Assembly: GCA_016933335.1 (NCBI GenBank)
Contig: JAFGBD010000025.1
Span: 65,250-129,249, forward strand
Direction of reading: 5' to 3'
Length of the DNA: 64,000 nucleotides
Source: Bacteroidales bacterium
GTDB taxonomy: Bacteria > Bacteroidota > Bacteroidia > Bacteroidales > UBA10428
Shown here: one piece after another, positions 20,578 to 30,895 of the stretch
Layout: every line of letters begins with the position of its first letter
Position numbering within the stretch: the first letter of the stretch is position 1
Program-made: the position numbers and the translations under genes
Notes under the pieces: model-generated
Databases searched by the model: none
Seen by the model: the letters and a program-made list of their open reading frames with translations, nothing else
What the model was told of the DNA's origin: nothing

Positions 20578-20871
20578 TGTTGAAATATTTTAAATAAATA
20601 CTGGCAAAAACCTCAAATAATACAGACAAACAAAACCATAAGGCATTTCATCATACTCGTCAGTATTTTTAAATTTTAAGTGCCGCAAAGATAAATGATT
20701 TTAACCAGAGAAATTGCTTTGTAAAAAACAAGAACAGGTGATGACGAAATGAAGATTTTTTTAAATGGGTACAAGAGTGGAATTTATCTGGTACGATTTG
20801 AATTTGATGGAAAGACTAATGGTTATTGATATACGGTATCTGCTGTCATTTGTTTTACGAATTCCCCCGAT

Positions 20872-20919
20872 AAAAAATCAGGAAACCTTTAAAATTTCGA
20901 TTTTCGGGTTTCCTGATTT
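20872..20919 (-). terminator. Rho-independent terminator of the 20938..21921 gene
   Basis: Inverted repeat aaatcaggaaacc / ggtttcctgattt with an A-run on the left (U-tail on the minus strand). Confidence 0.75.
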
Positions 20920-20937
20920 CAATATATTTAAAAAGAG

Positions 20938-21921
20938 TTATTTAGTGAATATCATTCTTATTGTTTTGCTATGTGAACCTGTATTTAAACGGGCATAATA
21001 GATGCCGCCCGGTAATTGGAGCGAGCCTTTATTCATGTCCAGCTCAATCGTGTATTCACCTGAATTCTGGAATTCGTTAACCAAAGTAGCAACTTCAATT
21101 CCCAGGACGTTATAAATCTTAAGTCCAACATTTTTTGGCTCATCAAGTTTATATGTTAAAGTGGTATTGCCATTATATGGATTAGGGTAGTTCTGGTCCA
21201 GTTTGAAATCAAGCCGGGCTTCATCTTCAATGTTAACAGGTGCATCTCCATGCAACAGAGGAGGATTATTGGTTACCAGGTCTTCTTCCGGTGCTATTCT
21301 AAGTTCATCACCTGTGTTGATATTCTCAACAAGAAGAATTAAAGTTAATATGCCATTTTGGTCAGCATTGATAAAGTCGTCCATTTCCTGAACTGGCTCT
21401 GTGTAAATATAACCTGTATAATCAACAGGGATTATTAATTCAGTTAACTTCTCGACTATCGTTAAATCTAATTGGTAACTATTTAAATCTGCTGGTAACA
21501 TTCCCGGGGCAGTATTATAGCTCAATTCTGTATCTAACCAAAAGTCTTGAGTATCATCTGTCATTCCGTAAATTGAAACTGTTAATGTGGCTTCTGCCAT
21601 TTTTCCGGCATGGAGAATGTAAAGTCCCAGAAAGGCTCCACTGGCGTCATTAAACCGGGGATTATCAAATATATCAAATTTCAGATAAACGATTTTCTGA
21701 CGCACCTCATGATTCCGGATTTTCAGATATTCTTCTGTACCATGAATGCTCGCCGGCCCGGAACCATCGGGTGGTGGATCTGTAGATTGCTCATCGTTTG
21801 AAACATAAGTATCGGCACCTTCGCCAAACGATGTTTTAAGTGTATCGTTCTGAGCGCTAACTGATGTAGTAATCAGCAGCGCAAAAAGAAATACTAAAAT
21901 TGATTGTAAAAATTTCATCAT
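20938..21921 (-). CDS. DNRLRE/CBM96-like domain protein with T9SS CTD
   Basis: ADTYVS, YLKFDI and W.DTELSYNTAP motifs; CTD LDQNYPNPY...IYNVLG...GIYYARL. Confidence 0.75.
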   Translation of the reverse strand: MMKFLQSILVFLFALLITTSVSAQNDTLKTSFGEGADTYVSNDEQSTDPPPDGSGPASIHGTEEYLKIRNHEVRQKIVYLKFDIFDNPRFNDASGAFLGLYILHAGKMAEATLTVSIYGMTDDTQDFWLDTELSYNTAPGMLPADLNSYQLDLTIVEKLTELIIPVDYTGYIYTEPVQEMDDFINADQNGILTLILLVENINTGDELRIAPEEDLVTNNPPLLHGDAPVNIEDEARLDFKLDQNYPNPYNGNTTLTYKLDEPKNVGLKIYNVLGIEVATLVNEFQNSGEYTIELDMNKGSLQLPGGIYYARLNTGSHSKTIRMIFTK

Positions 21922-22245
21922 GATTGGTTAGTTAAAATTTATAAATGGGGTTAATTAGAACAAATATAAAAAATTCTAAGGATCTATTAAAGTAACAGGA
22001 AATAAACTTAGTATAATCGTTTTCAGTAATTTTCTTGTTGTATTCAGAATGATTTTTCTTTGTGAGGTCCTGATGGTTTAATTGCGACAAATAATAATTC
22101 AATCAATAACCAGATATGGACTTTACAGGAAATTATCTTTATAAACCATAAGTAAATCAAAGTATCAGGAAAGATAAATTGCTTCTATATACTCAGATAT
22201 AGAAGATAAATTGATTATCGAATGATAGCAGGTGTTTTGTGCTGG

Positions 22246-23652
22246 TTACTTTCCGATACAGAAATTCTTAAAGATATTGCCCAGGATTTCATCTGTAGTG
22301 ATTTCGCCGGTGATTTCACCCAAATAGTGAAGGGTTTCGCGGATATCCTGGGCAAGCAGGTCGCCTGATATCTGTGATTCTAGTCCGTCACGGACTCTCA
22401 GGATTGCTTCGTGGGAGTGCTTCAGTGCTTCATAATGCCTGGCATTGGTGACAATGACATCGTTCTGTTCAATGTTTTCTGCATGGATGATTTCCAAAAG
22501 TGCTTTTTCAAGCTCCGGAAGGTTGTCACCCTTTTTGGCAGAAAGCGGAATAACTTTATCTTCTTTGTCCACGATCTTCAAAATATTCTTCTTTAGGCTA
22601 TCCAGATCCTGATTATTCAACAAGTCTGTCTTGTTAATGATAACAACCAGTTTCTTATCGGTTCCTTTTACCTGTTTTTCAATGTCTTTAACAGATCTTA
22701 TGATTTCATCTGTATCGGTGGCAGGATCAATCATCAGCATTACAATACTTGCTTGTCTGATTTTTTTGTATGTACGTTCTATTCCCAGCTTTTCGACCTT
22801 GTCGGTTGTATGTCTCAGTCCGGCGGTATCGATGAAACGGAAATGGATCCCTTCAATGGAAATGGTATCTTCAATAAAGTCACGGGTTGTGCCTTCTATT
22901 TCGGATACAATGGCCTTGTCTTCTTTCAGCAAAAGGTTCAGGAGGGTAGATTTTCCGGAATTTGTTTTACCGGCAATAGCCACGGGAATACCATTCTTTA
23001 TAACGTTTCCAAGCGTGAATGATTCCACAAGTGTTCTGAGTAGTGTTTCTATCTCTTCCACCAGCTGTTTTAACTGGTCTCTGTCTGCAAACTCAACATC
23101 TTCTTCGCTGAAATCAAGTTCAAGTTCGATGAGAGATACAAATTTCAGCAGGCGTTCTCTCAGCTTTTTTATTTCATCAGTAAATCCGCCCCTCATCTGG
23201 TTCATTGCAACCTTGTGAAATGACCGGGAGGTTGATGCCACCAGATCGGCAACAGCCTCAGCCTGAGAAAGATCCATTTTGCCATTCAGAAAAGCCCGCA
23301 GGGTAAATTCCCCGGGTCGGGCAACTCTTGCTCCCTTTGATACAAGCAGTTCCAATATTTTTTGTTGTATATATAATGAACCATGACAGGATATTTCAAT
23401 CAAATCTTCACCGGTATATGAATTCGGAGATTTGAACACGGCAACAAACACTTCATCTACCGGAACATCATCATCATAAATAAAACCCAGATGAAGGGTA
23501 TTGGGAGCCTGCTGGCTGAGCTTTTTGCCTGAAGTCGATATGAATACCCTGTCGGCGATTTGGATGGCATTGTCGCCCGATAATCTCACTACCGCAATGG
23601 CCCCCACACCATGTGCAGTAGATATGGCAGCTATGGTGGAATTGTCAATCAT
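22246..23652 (-). CDS. mnmE: tRNA uridine-5-carboxymethylaminomethyl synthesis GTPase MnmE
   Basis: TIAAIST..G.GAIAVVRLSG, SYTGED, GEFTLRAFLNGKMDL, GKTNSGKS, DTAGLR, NKTD, C-terminal FCIGK. Confidence 0.98.
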   Translation of the reverse strand: MIDNSTIAAISTAHGVGAIAVVRLSGDNAIQIADRVFISTSGKKLSQQAPNTLHLGFIYDDDVPVDEVFVAVFKSPNSYTGEDLIEISCHGSLYIQQKILELLVSKGARVARPGEFTLRAFLNGKMDLSQAEAVADLVASTSRSFHKVAMNQMRGGFTDEIKKLRERLLKFVSLIELELDFSEEDVEFADRDQLKQLVEEIETLLRTLVESFTLGNVIKNGIPVAIAGKTNSGKSTLLNLLLKEDKAIVSEIEGTTRDFIEDTISIEGIHFRFIDTAGLRHTTDKVEKLGIERTYKKIRQASIVMLMIDPATDTDEIIRSVKDIEKQVKGTDKKLVVIINKTDLLNNQDLDSLKKNILKIVDKEDKVIPLSAKKGDNLPELEKALLEIIHAENIEQNDVIVTNARHYEALKHSHEAILRVRDGLESQISGDLLAQDIRETLHYLGEITGEITTDEILGNIFKNFCIGK

Positions 23653-23659
23653 TTTTTTT

Positions 23660-23667
23660 CAAAAGTA
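23660..23667 (-). promoter_or_regulatory. Bacteroidota sigmaA -7 element of mnmE
   Basis: TACTTTTG on the minus strand, ending 7 nt before the ATG. Confidence 0.55.
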
Positions 23668-23714
23668 CTGAAATATCTTTCAACAACATACTTCAGACTC
23701 AAAGAATCTGATTC

Positions 23715-23741
23715 AAAAAAAAGCCGGATGGACATCCGGCT
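23715..23741 (-). terminator. Rho-independent terminator of the PKD gene
   Basis: Inverted repeat agccggatg-ga-catccggct preceded by an A-run; a second hairpin ccgtctc...gagacgg lies at 23746-23770. Confidence 0.8.
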
Positions 23742-23796
23742 AAAACCGTCTCGATTTACTTTTGAGACGGACTCTTCTTTTGAATATTACCTGCTG

Positions 23797-25956
23797 TCAG
23801 TGTTTTTCAAATTTTACCGGGAGTGAACCTTTGTTTTGGTTATTGATGACAAGAAGATAAATTCCTGCATTCAGATCAGAAACATCCAGACTGATCAAAT
23901 CCCCGGAAACAACATGGGAGTATTTCTCTTTAATCAACATTTGTCCTGAAAAATTGTATATCGCTATTGTTAACGATTCAGAACCTGCGCCCATGTTGAT
24001 ATGCAAAACATCATCTGCAGGATTCGGAAAAACGGTTACTGATTCCAAATGTTGTTCCATATTGATTGTCGGGAGGGTCAACTGAATAGTCTCAGTATAC
24101 ACTTCAGAACCTGCCTGGTCTTTTACGACCAGCTCAACCTGATGATCTCCGCTGGAATTGAATGTGTAGGAGACATCTTCTCCCACAAGCGATATTTCGT
24201 TATCAAAGTTCCATGTTACGGTACAGGTATCATCAACCTGAAGGTTGAACCAATAGGTGTTGTCGTTTCTGGTGAAGGTCCATGACGGAAAAACATTGTT
24301 TAGCCGGAATATGGAGAAAGCTGCTGTATATGTTTTTCCGGTTACCGGATTGGTCACATTTACAAAGTACAAATCACCGGGGCACAGGCCGGTGATAGTC
24401 CTGGTGGTTTCACCGGTTGACCATAGAATCCTGTAATCGGTGGTCAAAATCATTTCATACCACATCCAGGCGCTGCAGGGAGTGACTATTTCAACACTTG
24501 CAGTACCATTGCATGTACCTCCGTTAATGGAAAATGATGTGGTGAGCATGATTTGTTCACAATATTCCGGCGGAACAATGATTTCAGATTCTATTTCTTT
24601 AATACAAGTGATTTCAGCAATGATTCCTGCCATGCAGATACTCATCAGATCCGGACGCTTAATGTACGATAACCTGACACGCTGGTTATCACGAAAATGA
24701 AATGTTGTATCCTGCAGGATGGGTTCAAGCCTTAATCCGTTATCAAGCTCAATGAGGAAGCCGCAGCCATCAAGTCCGGTATAATCCCTCACAGTGCCGG
24801 TGAGACTGCAATCTGCATCAATTAAACCTACGCATGTGACGATAATTGAACTAAAGCGCTCAATACCAATAAAAACAGTGTCAGCAATCATTGCATAACT
24901 AAAATTGATTCTTGATACATCAGGCAGGTATATCTCCGGTACTGTTTGTATCACATAGAACATATGCCCGTCATCCTGAAATATAACATCAAAGCCGGAT
25001 TTTTGATAATTGCGGTGAAAAGTACCATAATATTCACATCCCGTATGCTGATTGGCTCCCTGAAAATAGTCAGTCAGGTAAGATTTACAGGTAAAACCGT
25101 CAGCATAGGTAATTCTCAGGGATACGGTATATGTGCCTGAGCTGTTGTAAACATGGGTGGGAAACGGATCTGTTGAATAGCTTCCGTCACCAAAATCCCA
25201 GTAATATCTTATTATTTCAAACCAGGATGTTTCGTCAGGTGTGGGTATAAAGCTGTAAGGCAGCCTGGGATCATACAGGTTAGACTGAAACTGATATTCA
25301 GGCGGATATGATCCGAGAACAAGGCTTTCAATCTTCAGGTGACATTCAATATCTCCTCTGACAAGAATAAATTTGCGCATCATCGATTTACAGCCTTCTG
25401 CTGTTGCAATCTCCAGCTCAACCGGGAAGAATCCGGCAGTATCATAATTGTGCAACGGATTCTGCTGTTGCGAAGTCTCACCGTCACCAAAAGACCAGCT
25501 CCACCCAACTGCATCATCTGTTGATTGGTCGATAAACTGATAGGCATCAACACAATTACAGTTTGCAGTTGAATCCCTGTAAAATGTAAAATCTGCCAGA
25601 CATTCAGATACCGGTTGATACATGTATGTTATCAATTCGCAATAAGAATCCAGAATACCTGATTTATCAATTACTTTATGACAGACTTCAAGAACAGAAT
25701 CGGCCGGATTAATCGTAAAAATCGGATCCTTTTCATCAGATATGAGTCCGTTTGACAGTTCCCATTTATGATAGACAGAATCATCACGGCAATCACTCCT
25801 CAGAAATAATTCATAACCATTCAGGTATATCATAAGCGAGTCAGTTATCGCATAAGTGAAACCTGCATTACAACCATAAATGATGTCACCTGAATGAACA
25901 GCAAAAGAAATACGGGTGGCAGATACAATTAACAGACAGATAAATAGCTTTCTCAT
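23797..25956 (-). CDS. Cys-rich PKD-domain protein with T9SS CTD
   Basis: WSFGDG..SQQQNPLHNY and WDFGDG..STDPFPTHVY PKD motifs; SprB-like segment WSTGETTRTITGLCPG; CTD VFPNPADD...GIYLLVI. Confidence 0.88.
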   Translation of the reverse strand: MRKLFICLLIVSATRISFAVHSGDIIYGCNAGFTYAITDSLMIYLNGYELFLRSDCRDDSVYHKWELSNGLISDEKDPIFTINPADSVLEVCHKVIDKSGILDSYCELITYMYQPVSECLADFTFYRDSTANCNCVDAYQFIDQSTDDAVGWSWSFGDGETSQQQNPLHNYDTAGFFPVELEIATAEGCKSMMRKFILVRGDIECHLKIESLVLGSYPPEYQFQSNLYDPRLPYSFIPTPDETSWFEIIRYYWDFGDGSYSTDPFPTHVYNSSGTYTVSLRITYADGFTCKSYLTDYFQGANQHTGCEYYGTFHRNYQKSGFDVIFQDDGHMFYVIQTVPEIYLPDVSRINFSYAMIADTVFIGIERFSSIIVTCVGLIDADCSLTGTVRDYTGLDGCGFLIELDNGLRLEPILQDTTFHFRDNQRVRLSYIKRPDLMSICMAGIIAEITCIKEIESEIIVPPEYCEQIMLTTSFSINGGTCNGTASVEIVTPCSAWMWYEMILTTDYRILWSTGETTRTITGLCPGDLYFVNVTNPVTGKTYTAAFSIFRLNNVFPSWTFTRNDNTYWFNLQVDDTCTVTWNFDNEISLVGEDVSYTFNSSGDHQVELVVKDQAGSEVYTETIQLTLPTINMEQHLESVTVFPNPADDVLHINMGAGSESLTIAIYNFSGQMLIKEKYSHVVSGDLISLDVSDLNAGIYLLVINNQNKGSLPVKFEKH

Positions 25957-26114
25957 AACAGGGGTTTTTTATAATTAATATATCAGAATAGATGCAAATT
26001 CTGATTGTTTGGTTGCGTCCCAGATATTAACCATCGTTATACAAAATTAATTAAATATCAATATTTTAAGTAACAGTACAAGAAATTTTTTTTTAAATCC
26101 TGATTAAAAAATGA

Positions 26115-26122
26115 TACTTTTG
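26115..26122 (+). promoter_or_regulatory. sigmaA -7 element of sucD-fabG
   Basis: TACTTTTG ending 25 nt before the ATG. Confidence 0.55.
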
Positions 26123-26147
26123 ACCGGTTTAAAATTATTACCAGGGT

Positions 26148-27017
26148 ATGGGTATTCTTGTTGATAAAAACTCACGGGTCATTATTCAGGGTTTTACAGG
26201 AAGCGAAGGAACCTTTCATTCACAACAAATGATTGATTACGGCACAAATATTGTCGGCGGGGTAACACCCGGTAAAGGCGGGCAGATGCACCTGGACAAA
26301 CCGGTATACAATACGGTGGAAGAGGCGGTCACAACAACCGGCGCTGACACATCAGTCATTTTCGTACCACCTGCATTTGCAGCGGATGCAATAATGGAAG
26401 CTGCAGCTGCAGGCATCAGAATAATTGTATGTATCACGGAAGGAATTCCCACTTCAGACATGGTAAAGGTCATTGCCTTTCTGTCTGATAAAAAAAGCAG
26501 GCTGATCGGACCGAATTGTCCCGGTATCATCACCCCGGGTGAAGCAAAAGTTGGAATTATGCCCGGAGATATTCATCAGAAAGGTTGCATTGGTATTGTT
26601 TCCCGTTCAGGTACCCTGACCTATGAAGCTGTTGATCAGGTTACAAAGACAGGACTGGGACAATCAACATGCGTTGGAATAGGGGGTGATCCGATCATTG
26701 GGATGTCGATGCTGGACATTATAATACTATTGATGAATGATAAACAGACAAGGGGAATCGTCATGATAGGAGAGATAGGAGGCAGCATGGAAACAGAGGC
26801 GGCAAGATGGATCAAAGAAAACGGTACCAAACCGGTTGTTGGATTTGTTGCCGGAAGAACAGCACCCAAAGGCCGGAGAATGGGACATGCAGGAGCCATC
26901 ATCGGAGGAAAGGATGATACTGCTGCCGCAAAAATGGAGATCATGTCCGGATGCGGTATTCATGTTGTTGAATCCCCTGCAGAAATAGGAGCCAGGATGG
27001 CTTCGCTGGTCCGTTGA
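26148..27017 (+). CDS. sucD: Succinyl-CoA synthetase alpha subunit
   Basis: [42 protein letters not shown]. No sucC adjacent. Confidence 0.97.
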   Translation: MGILVDKNSRVIIQGFTGSEGTFHSQQMIDYGTNIVGGVTPGKGGQMHLDKPVYNTVEEAVTTTGADTSVIFVPPAFAADAIMEAAAAGIRIIVCITEGIPTSDMVKVIAFLSDKKSRLIGPNCPGIITPGEAKVGIMPGDIHQKGCIGIVSRSGTLTYEAVDQVTKTGLGQSTCVGIGGDPIIGMSMLDIIILLMNDKQTRGIVMIGEIGGSMETEAARWIKENGTKPVVGFVAGRTAPKGRRMGHAGAIIGGKDDTAAAKMEIMSGCGIHVVESPAEIGARMASLVR

Positions 27018-27065
27018 ATGATCAGTCACCAGGTCAAACAGTCAATAAACCAACCAATAAACACT

Positions 27066-27812
27066 ATGAAACTACTTGAAGGAAAGACTACTTTAATTAC
27101 CGGTGCAGCCAGGGGAATTGGCCGTGCCATTGCATTGAGATTTGCCGAAGAAGGCTCCAGCATTGCCTTTACAGATCTTGCTATCAATGATGATGCCAGA
27201 GCCGTGGAAAAAGCAATCAGGGATTATGGTGTAAAAGGCAAAGCATATGCTTCAGATGCCAGCAAATTAGATGAGACTGAAAAAGTTGTAAATGATGTAA
27301 TCAATGACTTCGGAACCATTGATGTTCTTGTTAATAATGCAGGTATCACAATGGATACCATATTGTTAAGGATGACAGAACAACAGTGGGATACTGTCAT
27401 CAACGTCAACCTGAAGTCTGTTTTTAATTTCACTAAGGTGGTTCAGAAGATTATGTTAAAGAACCGTTCCGGATCGGTCATAAACCTGAGTTCGGTTGTT
27501 GGAGTGGCAGGCAATGCAGGCCAGTCCAATTATGCAGCTTCAAAAGCCGGTATCATTGGCTTTACAAAATCCGTTGCCATGGAGTTGGGTTCCAGGAACA
27601 TACGTTGCAATGCCCTGGCACCGGGATATATTATCACCGAAATGACACAGAAGCTGCCGGAGGAATACCGGCGTCAGTGGGAGAATATGGTTCCCATGAA
27701 AAGGGGAGGAACCCCTGAAGAAGTAGCGAATGCCGCTCTTTTTCTGGCTTCTGATCTGTCATCGTATATCAGCGGACAGGTAATCAATGTCTGTGGTGCT
27801 CTCAAAACATGA
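27066..27812 (+). CDS. fabG: 3-oxoacyl-ACP reductase
   Basis: Start MKLLEGK; TGAARGIG, NNAGIT, GNAGQSNYAASKAG. Confidence 0.92.
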   Translation: MKLLEGKTTLITGAARGIGRAIALRFAEEGSSIAFTDLAINDDARAVEKAIRDYGVKGKAYASDASKLDETEKVVNDVINDFGTIDVLVNNAGITMDTILLRMTEQQWDTVINVNLKSVFNFTKVVQKIMLKNRSGSVINLSSVVGVAGNAGQSNYAASKAGIIGFTKSVAMELGSRNIRCNALAPGYIITEMTQKLPEEYRRQWENMVPMKRGGTPEEVANAALFLASDLSSYISGQVINVCGALKT

Positions 27813-27889
27813 TTTTCTCTGAGAATTGACTTCCTGAAAACAATGATTGTATTATTCATTGTTTACTGTAAGATGTTTTCAGTGACAAA

Positions 27890-28630
27890 TTATAATTTGT
27901 TAAGTATCGAATAGATCTTTTCGATTGATACATGCAGATCTCTCCTCATCTTTTTAGTGTACGGGTTAAAATGCTGTAAATCGCAAAAAAGCTGCCAGCT
28001 GTCGTTACAGGTTTGCTGAATGATCTCAAGGAGTTTTGTATAACCAAGTGTGTTTATCTGTGTATTCCGCAGGTTCAGATCAGCCAGCACCCTGCCTATA
28101 TAATGCGTTATGCCCTGGGAATAAGCCACCATTTCGTCATGATCATCAGGCGTCATCACCTCAACCTGAATCTTTTCGTTGTTGAAATAGTCAGTCCAGT
28201 AAGAGAAGGTCGTATCTGCGGCAGTAATATTACACATGACCATGGGTAATTTTTCGTCTGCTGTATCGTATGAATCTGGTCCGAACATCGGGTGAGTTGC
28301 TATAATCTGGCATTTATCAGGCAAATGCTTCTTCATCCACCGGGTTGGTTCGACTTTAACCGAACAAGTGTCAAAATAGATACAGCTGGTTTTATGCAGT
28401 TGTTTTGTTTCCATCAGCACTGATTCAAAGGAAGATATTGCCACACAATAGAAAAGTGCATCAGTTTCATGAAGCCCTTTCAGATCAGAAATTTCGATTC
28501 CCGGATTGACATCCTCCGGCTTCAAACCTCTCCGTGAATAGACCCTGACCCTGAAATCGTTTTTAAGAATATCTGCCCATAGCTTTCCAAACCGGCCATA
28601 TCCGTATACGGATACTGTCTTTTTCGTCAT
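27890..28630 (-). CDS. tyrA: Prephenate/arogenate dehydrogenase (TyrA family, single-domain)
   Basis: GYGRFG, DTCSVK, THPMFGPDS, HD..VAYSQGITHYIGR; likely start ATG 28630. Confidence 0.85.
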   Translation of the reverse strand: MTKKTVSVYGYGRFGKLWADILKNDFRVRVYSRRGLKPEDVNPGIEISDLKGLHETDALFYCVAISSFESVLMETKQLHKTSCIYFDTCSVKVEPTRWMKKHLPDKCQIIATHPMFGPDSYDTADEKLPMVMCNITAADTTFSYWTDYFNNEKIQVEVMTPDDHDEMVAYSQGITHYIGRVLADLNLRNTQINTLGYTKLLEIIQQTCNDSWQLFCDLQHFNPYTKKMRRDLHVSIEKIYSILNKL

Positions 28631-28719
28631 TATAATATAGTTTTGGTTGTAAAAATACAAAAGAAATGGAATTGCATGACTGAATAATGAATCTGATATA
28701 TAATTGCATTAACAATGGT

Positions 28720-28745
28720 AAAAAAAAGGGGCTTGTGAGCCCCCT
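28720..28745 (-). terminator. Rho-independent terminator
   Basis: GC-rich ggggct-tgtg-agcccc hairpin preceded by an A-run. Confidence 0.85.
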
Positions 28746-28762
28746 GTCATTGTATCAGATGT

Positions 28763-29587
28763 TTAATATATTCTGAGCTGTCCCGTATTTCTTACGACTA
28801 TTTCAGGTTTTTCTTCAAAAGTGGTGATTAAACCTGTGACTGTAATGTGCTGGCGTTCGAAAAACCTTTCAGGTCTTCGGCTCATCCTCCTTGCAATCCA
28901 TCCGGGCACGACCACGCTCATATCATGATAAGGATAATATGCACCGAAGTACAGGATATACTCATCAGTCTGCCTGCTGTAGAACACTTCATATACCTTT
29001 CCGTATACATTCATCACCTCACCATGATAGAATAATGCATCATAAGCTGAAATGGTCTGTATCCTGTATCCGACAGGATATCTCCATGTATGGACCATGG
29101 GGTATATTCTGATGTATTCGCTTCTCATTGCAGGTGTCCAGAAAATTTCAATATGTCCCGGAATCCTGTAAGGATAATGCCTGGTTCTGTACAACCTCGA
29201 TCCGGGGGCTCTGTTATAATGATATCTTGCAACCCTTGTCCCATGATACAACCTTGGTGATTGATAGTGTGTAACATGCCCTGCTTCACGATGCACATTT
29301 TGTGAATGATGATCCTGTCTGACTTCCTGGCGAACACCTCTTGTTCCTGAAGAAACAGATGATGCATCAGCCCGTCTTACCGTCTGCCTTTGGATAGTAT
29401 TGCTTTGTGCATTGCTGTTTTTACGGACAACTGGATTGTCCTTGCCGGCTCTGTGGCTTTTAACTTCAGTGCTTTTAGCCTGTTTTTCTCTGGCAGGTTT
29501 CTGGCTATTGGCCGTCCTCCTTGAGGTTTGAGAAAATGCGGTTGCTGCCATCAACAACATTGCCAATATGAAGACTGATTTTTTCAT
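28763..29587 (-). CDS. Secreted hypothetical protein: disordered N-terminus, R/H/Y-rich middle, C-terminal OB-fold-like domain
   Basis: Signal peptide; C-terminal VYGKVYEV...LYFGAYYP...ITVTGLITTFEEKPEIVV pattern. Confidence 0.7.
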   Translation of the reverse strand: MKKSVFILAMLLMAATAFSQTSRRTANSQKPAREKQAKSTEVKSHRAGKDNPVVRKNSNAQSNTIQRQTVRRADASSVSSGTRGVRQEVRQDHHSQNVHREAGHVTHYQSPRLYHGTRVARYHYNRAPGSRLYRTRHYPYRIPGHIEIFWTPAMRSEYIRIYPMVHTWRYPVGYRIQTISAYDALFYHGEVMNVYGKVYEVFYSRQTDEYILYFGAYYPYHDMSVVVPGWIARRMSRRPERFFERQHITVTGLITTFEEKPEIVVRNTGQLRIY

Positions 29588-29823
29588 GACTTTTTTCTTT
29601 AATGATCTTCAATAATCCATAAACAAAAAGCCTGCCAAATAAAAATCATATGGGAAATATATTGAGGAACAGCTTATTAAGTAACAGGATAAGGAAATGC
29701 CTCATATTTGCTGAAATACATGGGGAAGCAGCAAACAATTTTGGATAATCCCTGAAGGATTCATATAAACATTGATATTCAAATATTTTCAAAAATTATT
29801 TGATTCATAAATGTTAATATTGC

Positions 29824-29831
29824 TATTTTTG
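29824..29831 (+). promoter_or_regulatory. sigmaA -7 element of metA
   Basis: TATTTTTG ending 25 nt before the ATG. Confidence 0.5.
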
Positions 29832-29856
29832 TGCCTTAATTTTCATTTTCCGTAAA

Positions 29857-30774
29857 ATGCCTTTAAATATTCCCGATAAGCTTCCTGCTGTTGAGATATT
29901 GCAGAACGAGAATATCTTCTTGATGAGTGAGACCAGGGCTACTCACCAGGACATAAGACCTATGCAGATTGTGATATTGAATTTAATGCCCTTAAAAATA
30001 ACCACCGAAACACATATTCTCAGGCTTCTGTCAAACACACCCCTGCAGGTGGAAGTTGTACTGTTACATACCAAGAATCATATATCCAAAAGTACACCGC
30101 TGATCCATTTACAGACATTTTATAAAACATTTGAAGAGATCAGTTACAGGAAATTTGATGGTATGATACTGACCGGAGCTCCAATAGAACATCTTGAATT
30201 TGAAGAAGTTGACTATTGGAGTGAACTTCAGGAAATTATGGACTGGATAAAAACAAATGTGACCTCAACCATGTTCATATGCTGGGGTGCCCAGGCCGGA
30301 TTATACCACTACTATGGAATTCCAAAATACAAGCTCCGTGAAAAAATGTTTGGTGTTTTCAATCATCATATCAATAATACAAAGATCCCCCTCATAAGGG
30401 GGTTTGACGAAGAATTCCAGGCTCCTCATTCCCGTTATACCGAAATCCGGAAAGAAGATATCAAAAAGGTAAAAGAACTTGAGATTGTTGCTGAATCTGA
30501 TGAAGCAGGAGTTTATATGGTAATGACAAAAGACGGAAGGCAGATTTTTGTTACCGGACACTCTGAATATGACCCTTCCACCCTTAAAAATGAATATGAA
30601 AGAGACCTGAAAAAAGGTTTGCCAATCACCATTCCCAAAAATTACTTTCCGGATAATAATCCTGCCAAAACTCCCAAAGTAAGATGGAAAAGCCATGCAA
30701 ACCTGTTATACTATAACTGGCTCAATTATTACGTATATCAAATGACTCCTTACAACATAGATGAAATAAAATGA
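29857..30774 (+). CDS. metA: MetA-family homoserine O-acyltransferase (probably acetyltransferase)
   Basis: LNLMP.K..TE, TGAPIE, ICWGAQA catalytic Cys, [18 protein letters not shown]. Confidence 0.95.
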   Translation: MPLNIPDKLPAVEILQNENIFLMSETRATHQDIRPMQIVILNLMPLKITTETHILRLLSNTPLQVEVVLLHTKNHISKSTPLIHLQTFYKTFEEISYRKFDGMILTGAPIEHLEFEEVDYWSELQEIMDWIKTNVTSTMFICWGAQAGLYHYYGIPKYKLREKMFGVFNHHINNTKIPLIRGFDEEFQAPHSRYTEIRKEDIKKVKELEIVAESDEAGVYMVMTKDGRQIFVTGHSEYDPSTLKNEYERDLKKGLPITIPKNYFPDNNPAKTPKVRWKSHANLLYYNWLNYYVYQMTPYNIDEIK

Positions 30775-30895
30775 AACCGCAAGCCGCATGAATACCGGTT
30801 TCATAATTATTATAGGTTAATATGATCCGTCATAAAAAATTTGGATAAAAAGAATTATTCCTTTATTTTGTATTTTTGAAAAAGCATCACATCAA

